Virus record (IMG/VR): IMGVR_UViG_3300030055_000003
Source: a virus
Taxonomy: Duplodnaviria > Caudoviricetes
DNA: 64,000 nucleotides
Reading direction: 5' to 3' (one strand)
The notes beneath the pieces were generated by a model. It was not told where the DNA came from. It ran no database searches and saw nothing but the letters and a program-made list of their open reading frames with translations. The stretch's first letter is position 1. Each line of letters opens with the position of its first letter. Made by a program: the position numbers and the translations under genes. Positions 58,919 to 64,000 of the stretch are shown piece after piece.

Positions 58919-59545
58919 ATGAAAAATACTTATATTATAGATTTGGATTCAACAATAATAGATACTTGTAAATCAATAATAAATTTACATAATAAACTGA
59001 ATGATAAAAAGATTAAATATCAAGAAAACTATTCATGGAACTTCTACCCTATGATAAAAACTAAAGAAGAATTGAGTGAATTATTTAAGTTATTTGACCA
59101 TGAAGAGTTTTATGATGATACATTAGTTGTATTTGATAAAGCTATTGAAGTAATAAATGAATTATCTAAAGATAATATTGTAAAAATAGCAACAAAACAT
59201 GACATGTTAAGAAGACCAATAACTCAAAAATGGATAGAAGAAACTTTTCCGAATGTAGAGTTAATATTTTTAGATAGTTTCGACAAATCAAGTGTAGGTA
59301 AATGCAATATATTCATAGATGATAAACTAGAAGCAATTGAAAGTATGGATAGTTTAGCTGATTATAGAATTTGTTATGGAGAATATGACTGGAATAAAGA
59401 CTACAATGATTTAAGAGTAAATGATTGGAGTGAATTATATAAAATGGTTAAAAATATAGAAAATACAAAAGACAGTAATAATAAATTAATAGAATTAAAA
59501 AATAATAATGAAGAAAAGGATGGTATAAAGAGATGGGAATTTTAG
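58919..59545 (+). CDS. HAD-family 5'(3')-deoxyribonucleotidase (NT5C-like)
   Basis: IDLDSTIIDT, KIATKH, IFIDDKLE, YDWN. Confidence 0.85.
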   Translation: MKNTYIIDLDSTIIDTCKSIINLHNKLNDKKIKYQENYSWNFYPMIKTKEELSELFKLFDHEEFYDDTLVVFDKAIEVINELSKDNIVKIATKHDMLRRPITQKWIEETFPNVELIFLDSFDKSSVGKCNIFIDDKLEAIESMDSLADYRICYGEYDWNKDYNDLRVNDWSELYKMVKNIENTKDSNNKLIELKNNNEEKDGIKRWEF

Positions 59546-59733
59546 AAGGGTTTTTAAACAAAAGAGAAAGAGAAACGATAGAAAGAGATAAAATGAATAG
59601 AATGTATTATAGTGCAGACTATCGTGATGAATGGTGTAAAGGAAATGATTTTTTAAATGAAATACAAACGGAAACACAATTATTTAATGATTCTTACCAT
59701 CTAGAATGGGGCAGAGATAGTTATAATGACTAA
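59533..59733 (+). CDS. hypothetical protein
   Basis: ORF track. Confidence 0.55.
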   Translation: MGILEGFLNKRERETIERDKMNRMYYSADYRDEWCKGNDFLNEIQTETQLFNDSYHLEWGRDSYND

Positions 59734-59979
59734 ATACATATTAAACAGTGGACAAGTAATACATATAGGTTAGAATTGATTTTAGAGTATATATTAGGCT
59801 TGTAGTGAGGTTTTAGAATAATAGTAATACAAGTTGTTGTCTTGAAATTGGACAAGATAGTGAAGCTGATAAATGGATTTAAATGAAATGTTAATAAATT
59901 AATAGAAGAACGAAAGTTTAAAATGCGTGTTTTATTGGGTTTTAGAGTGAGATGAAGATTAAAATTAAGGAGTGAGAGA

Positions 59980-61557
59980 ATGGATAATATAAATATTTGG
60001 TTTGCTAGAAATAAAGATGGAAATATAGTAACCATAGACAAAATTAATGAAGATAATAGATATGAGGAATATAGTTGCCCTATATGTGAAAGTAAACTTA
60101 TTCCAAAGTTAGGTGATATAAACGCCCATCATCTAGCACACAAAGATGTCAGTAAATGTAGTAGGGAAACTCAGATACATTTCTTTGTTAAAAATGAATT
60201 ATTAAAACAAGGAGATAAATTTACTGTAAAATTAGATAATGAAAGTAGAGAATTTGTTTGTAAGGAAATACTAATAGAACAAGAATATAAAACTGAATTT
60301 GGAGTGTATAAGCCTGATATAACAATAATAACTGAGAATAATAAAACTATTTATTTTGAAGTTGCTCATACCAATAAAAAGAAAATAGAAGATTATTTAG
60401 ATATTTGGGTAGAGTTAAATAATATAGTTGTAGAGATTGAAACAAAAGAAATGATTGAAGGTAAAATTATAAAAGAGTTCGAAGCAAAATTTTATGAAGG
60501 AAAATGTTTCAATATTAGACAAGAAGATAAAGACTACTATGAATTAGTAGGTAAAGTAAAGTTAAACAATACTAAATATCCTAAAGAACAAATTGAAAAA
60601 TTAAACTGGCTTTGGAAGGATATTAATAGATATTTACTAGGAGAAGTTGAAATTTCAGAAATTAGTGATTTAATTCAAGTCATTGAAGATAAAGAACTTC
60701 AAGAAATAGTAGTTAATATACTAAGAAAAAATAAATGTACAAGAATTATGAATGAGTATATTAGGTTTAATGTTGACTATATAAAAAATGAATTAAATAT
60801 AGAGATAAATGAAATAATAATAGAAATTCCAAGATTAATTTATGATAGAATTTATGGTAAATATAGTATATGTGGAAATAAAATAGAAGAATATGTTAAT
60901 TTAACTGAAAAAAATTATGATATAAAAAGAATTAAAAGGAATATAAAAAATCAAATCCTTTATATTAAATGCAATGCCTGTATAAATTATATAGAAACAG
61001 AGATTAGGAATTACTTTAAAAACACAAATAATTTTTATTCAATAAACTTATATAATTCAAATAATATAATAAAAGGAAGTATAAATTATAATTGTAATCA
61101 TGTACTCAATTTAGATAATTATTATTATAATGAAAACAATGATTATATAAAAAACAATATAATGGATAAAATAGACAATTATAGAAAATCATTGGACGTA
61201 TTAAAAACAGATAATGTATTAAAGCTTGATTATATGTGTGATAAAATCAGTATAATATTAAAGAAAGTATATGCTATAAAATATACTTATTATACTAAGG
61301 TATCTAGTTGGCATCCGAAAAAACATAATGAAGATCATTATTATAGATTGATAAATAATAAGTGTATTAATGAGGAAAATTACAATGTAAAAATATCAAT
61401 GTTAAATACTGATATAATTATAAACATAACTAATCAAATTATAGATATAAATAATGATGAAAAAATATTAGTTAATAATAAGGATTATGAATATATTCAA
61501 AAAGAAATTATGAATTTTATTTCAGATAAGATAAGAAATGAAAGATATGGGAGGTGA
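59980..61557 (+). CDS. CoiA-like PD-(D/E)XK nuclease domain protein
   Basis: YSCPICESKLIPKLGDINAHHLAH; ETQIHFFVK; YKPDITI; YFEVAHTNKK. Confidence 0.7.
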   Translation: MDNINIWFARNKDGNIVTIDKINEDNRYEEYSCPICESKLIPKLGDINAHHLAHKDVSKCSRETQIHFFVKNELLKQGDKFTVKLDNESREFVCKEILIEQEYKTEFGVYKPDITIITENNKTIYFEVAHTNKKKIEDYLDIWVELNNIVVEIETKEMIEGKIIKEFEAKFYEGKCFNIRQEDKDYYELVGKVKLNNTKYPKEQIEKLNWLWKDINRYLLGEVEISEISDLIQVIEDKELQEIVVNILRKNKCTRIMNEYIRFNVDYIKNELNIEINEIIIEIPRLIYDRIYGKYSICGNKIEEYVNLTEKNYDIKRIKRNIKNQILYIKCNACINYIETEIRNYFKNTNNFYSINLYNSNNIIKGSINYNCNHVLNLDNYYYNENNDYIKNNIMDKIDNYRKSLDVLKTDNVLKLDYMCDKISIILKKVYAIKYTYYTKVSSWHPKKHNEDHYYRLINNKCINEENYNVKISMLNTDIIINITNQIIDINNDEKILVNNKDYEYIQKEIMNFISDKIRNERYGR

Positions 61558-61736
61558 TAATAATGAAGATATTTAAAGTATTTAAAAAATCTATAGCTTT
61601 AAAACTCATCTCCCAAGGATACATATTAGAAGATATACAACCACTAAGTTATAAACCTTGGTTTAGTGTATTTCTATTTAAAGATAGCAACGAAATAAGA
61701 AATGATTTTGAAAGAATACAAAAAGAAGAAAAATAA
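61554..61736 (+). CDS. small DUF5659-like protein
   Basis: KSIALKLISQGY.LEDI.P....PWFSVFLFKDS.EI. Confidence 0.5.
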   Translation: MIIMKIFKVFKKSIALKLISQGYILEDIQPLSYKPWFSVFLFKDSNEIRNDFERIQKEEK

Positions 61737-61775
61737 ATTAATGCAATCTAATACAAATATCGAAAGGAGAATTTT

Positions 61776-64000
61776 ATGAAAATCATAAAAGAACTAAAAG
61801 TTGGAGAAGGTATAAATATAATTCAAAGAGAAGGTAAGGACTTTGTATTATCAAAGAAAAGTGGTTATAGAACAATGTTTACAGATAAAAAAGAAAAAGA
61901 GCATAGAAAAAACATATGGAATGCAACTATGGATTGGTGTTTTGATTCAGTAAAAATGAATGAAATAAAAATTAACAAAGATATGTCCAAGCCTTTTTAT
62001 ATGATTGATGGTAAACAATATTCAGACGCTATAATAAGCGTAAAATTTAAATGTGCAATAAAAGAATCAGAAGAAATAAATGGATTTAATGAACAATTAC
62101 TAGGATTAAGTAAAACGAATAAAGAAATAGAATTAAAGTTAGTAGAACTTAGAAAACAAGGAGTATCATTAAGACAATGTAAACATAAAGGAGAATATAA
62201 AACTAATCTTACACAGGAGCAACAATTATATATTGAATTATATAAAAGACAACAAAATATTATTGAAGAAAAGAGAGATAAGGTAAAAAAACTAAAAGAG
62301 CAGAAAAAAAATGATATACAAAATACAGAACAAATCAGAAAAGAATTATACAAAAATGGATTTGATATTATAGATAGTCAAGGTAAAAAATCTCATATGG
62401 TTAGATATAAACGTTCTAGTGGTTCTAGTAGAGTTGGAAAATGTTTATTTATTAGAGAAGATTTATATAAACCTATGATGGATTGGACTATGATGGACTT
62501 ATGTATAAAAGATGGAGATGAAATTGATTTAGCTAGTTATGAAGCATATATAAGTTTAACATTAAGTTCTATGATAGATACTATTAATATAAAACCAGAA
62601 AATATATTAATACTTAAAGATGAAGAATCAAAAATAAGAGAAGAATGTATGGTTACTGAACAAGTAATAGATAAGGATGGAAAAGCAGTATTATGCACAA
62701 CAAAAAAATATACTGATGTAATTAATAAAATTTGGGATGGAGAAAGCTTGGCAGATAGTAGTTTGTTTGGTGATAAATATAAGAATAAGGGAATGTTATT
62801 GTTAAGAAATCAAATGATAAAAACTTGTGCCTTTAACACAGAAATCCAAAAAAATTATAAAGATTACAATATAACAATGGAAGATATAAAAAATAGTGAA
62901 TATTATCTTTATACAAAAGCTAAAAAAGTTGAAGATATATTATTAATAACAACTCCGTCTAGTCTAAAATATTATAAATTCGGTTTAATTGAAAATTATT
63001 TAAATAATATGGATGAAAAATGGGGGATAGTTAAGTATGATAAACCAACACATTATTTTGATGGAGAACTAGTTCAAACACATTATCAGTTGTTAAACTC
63101 TCTTAATTGCAATAAAAAAGATATCTCGGAAATATTAAAAGAAACAAAAGAATATGTTAGTTTATTAAAAAATGATATGGCTGTATTAAGAAAACATTTA
63201 AAAATGCAAATAGAACAAAATGAAGAATGCAAATTGTCAGATGAAGAGATTATGAATAGAGAAATAGAAGGATTTTATAATGAAGATCATTTAAATATAA
63301 ATAAAGATAATCATACAAAAGATATGATGTATACTCTATTAACATTAAATGATAAAATTAAATTTACTACTGAATTTATTAATTTTCAGAAAGATGTTAT
63401 AAGGGCATATAAAGATAATGCTAGACTAGGACATATTTTAATTCATGGTAATTATAGTGTATTATGTGGAAATGGAATAGAAATGTTAAAAGGTTCTTGT
63501 GGAAAATGGAACATTAAAGATGGTTCAATTATCAAAAAAGGAACAATATACTGCAATAACTTTGAAGAAGTGAAACTTATAGGATCAAGGAGTCCTCACC
63601 CTTCTCCTAGTTGTATATTCGTTTCTAAAAACACTATATATAATGAAATAGATAAATATTTTAATAGTAGTAAACAAATAGTACATATAAATGCAATAGA
63701 AGAGAATAACTTAGAAAAATTATCATCAGCAGATTATGATAGTGACCAAATGCTTCTTAGTGATAATGAAAAACTTATTGAAATTGCAGAAAGACATTCC
63801 AAAGATTATCCTGTATCAGTAAATTGTGTGATTGGAAAGAAGACTCCTAGATATTATACTAATGAAGATAAATGTGATTTAGATGTGAAAACTAGCAAGA
63901 ATTTTATAGGACAAATAATAAATCAAGCACAAATATTAGAAAGTCATTTAAATGACATTAGATTTAAAATAAAAAAAACAAAGGATAAAAGTATAAAACA
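61776..64000 (+). CDS. yonO: YonO-like single-subunit (double-psi beta-barrel) DNA-dependent RNA polymerase, truncated by window end
   Basis: GAAAGGAG RBS, ATG 61776, open to 64000; RYKRSSGSSRVGKCLFI, IWDGESL, QTHYQLLNSL, SRSPH, catalytic ADYDSDQ (63729-63749). Confidence 0.85.
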   Translation, partial: MKIIKELKVGEGINIIQREGKDFVLSKKSGYRTMFTDKKEKEHRKNIWNATMDWCFDSVKMNEIKINKDMSKPFYMIDGKQYSDAIISVKFKCAIKESEEINGFNEQLLGLSKTNKEIELKLVELRKQGVSLRQCKHKGEYKTNLTQEQQLYIELYKRQQNIIEEKRDKVKKLKEQKKNDIQNTEQIRKELYKNGFDIIDSQGKKSHMVRYKRSSGSSRVGKCLFIREDLYKPMMDWTMMDLCIKDGDEIDLASYEAYISLTLSSMIDTINIKPENILILKDEESKIREECMVTEQVIDKDGKAVLCTTKKYTDVINKIWDGESLADSSLFGDKYKNKGMLLLRNQMIKTCAFNTEIQKNYKDYNITMEDIKNSEYYLYTKAKKVEDILLITTPSSLKYYKFGLIENYLNNMDEKWGIVKYDKPTHYFDGELVQTHYQLLNSLNCNKKDISEILKETKEYVSLLKNDMAVLRKHLKMQIEQNEECKLSDEEIMNREIEGFYNEDHLNINKDNHTKDMMYTLLTLNDKIKFTTEFINFQKDVIRAYKDNARLGHILIHGNYSVLCGNGIEMLKGSCGKWNIKDGSIIKKGTIYCNNFEEVKLIGSRSPHPSPSCIFVSKNTIYNEIDKYFNSSKQIVHINAIEENNLEKLSSADYDSDQMLLSDNEKLIEIAERHSKDYPVSVNCVIGKKTPRYYTNEDKCDLDVKTSKNFIGQIINQAQILESHLNDIRFKIKKTKDKSIK

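Larger units (their letters stand above)
6899..59907. promoter_or_regulatory. dispersed 12-bp operator-like motif AAATTAATAGAA
   Basis: exact copies at 4945, 6899, 9892, 12608, 16497, 27547, 29132, 36688, 36754, 42760, 46483, 46578, 57362, 58581, 58678, 59483, 59896; all but 4945 and 59483 are intergenic or at degraded ORFs, most next to -35/-10 boxes or RBSs. Confidence 0.8.

Noticed and set aside
59726-59960. Fragments of a coding-like sequence (MTKYILNSGQVIHIG..., NTSCCLEIGQDSEADKWI)
   Set aside because: Multiple stops and frameshifts; probably a degraded gene that cannot be identified
1647-62353. Many antisense ORFs in the track (for example 1647+, 4008+, 4440+, 7370+, 11668+, 13012+, 21347+, 27153+, 30807+, 36163+, 38752+, 56415-, 56835-, 61997-)
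   Set aside because: Shadows of real genes on the opposite strand; Phe/Leu/Ile/Ser-rich, no RBS
1-64000. CRISPR array, tRNA genes, IS elements, genome-wide stop-codon recoding
   Set aside because: No regularly spaced repeat-spacer units, tRNA signatures or transposases seen; TAA, TAG and TGA all end normal genes and long ORFs are intact under code 11

Overview
A very AT-rich (roughly 25% GC by eye) segment of a large Clostridium-type temperate phage that probably persists as a plasmid-like prophage. It has SPbeta-like and c-st-like features. Bases 1-43.3 kb are a leftward early/accessory region of about 80 mostly small ORFs. These include a tyrosine recombinase, XRE regulators, a C5 methyltransferase, a HicA-domain fusion, Rha/BRO/P22_AR antirepressor-type proteins, an SF2 helicase and homing-type endonucleases. 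Bases 43.3-48.2 kb are largely non-coding, with a strand-skew flip and a GC-rich structured element; this may be the genome end or packaging region. Bases 48.2-57.1 kb carry an FtsK/SpoIIIE plus Replic_Relax-like operon, a membrane-anchored Mrr-like nuclease, a tubR-tubZ-tubY type III partition locus, an iteron array and a Rep_3 initiator. Bases 57.4-64 kb run rightward into a YonO-like single-subunit RNA polymerase that is truncated by the window end and missing from the ORF track. The most striking unexplained structure is a TAAAA-N6-TTTTA dyad at about 19 gene junctions of the small-ORF array around the tyrosine recombinase, giving a cassette-like layout. There are also a genome-wide 12-bp operator, duplicated 5' leader elements and several ORFs broken only by in-frame TAA codons. 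All family calls come from motif recognition by eye, not database searches.
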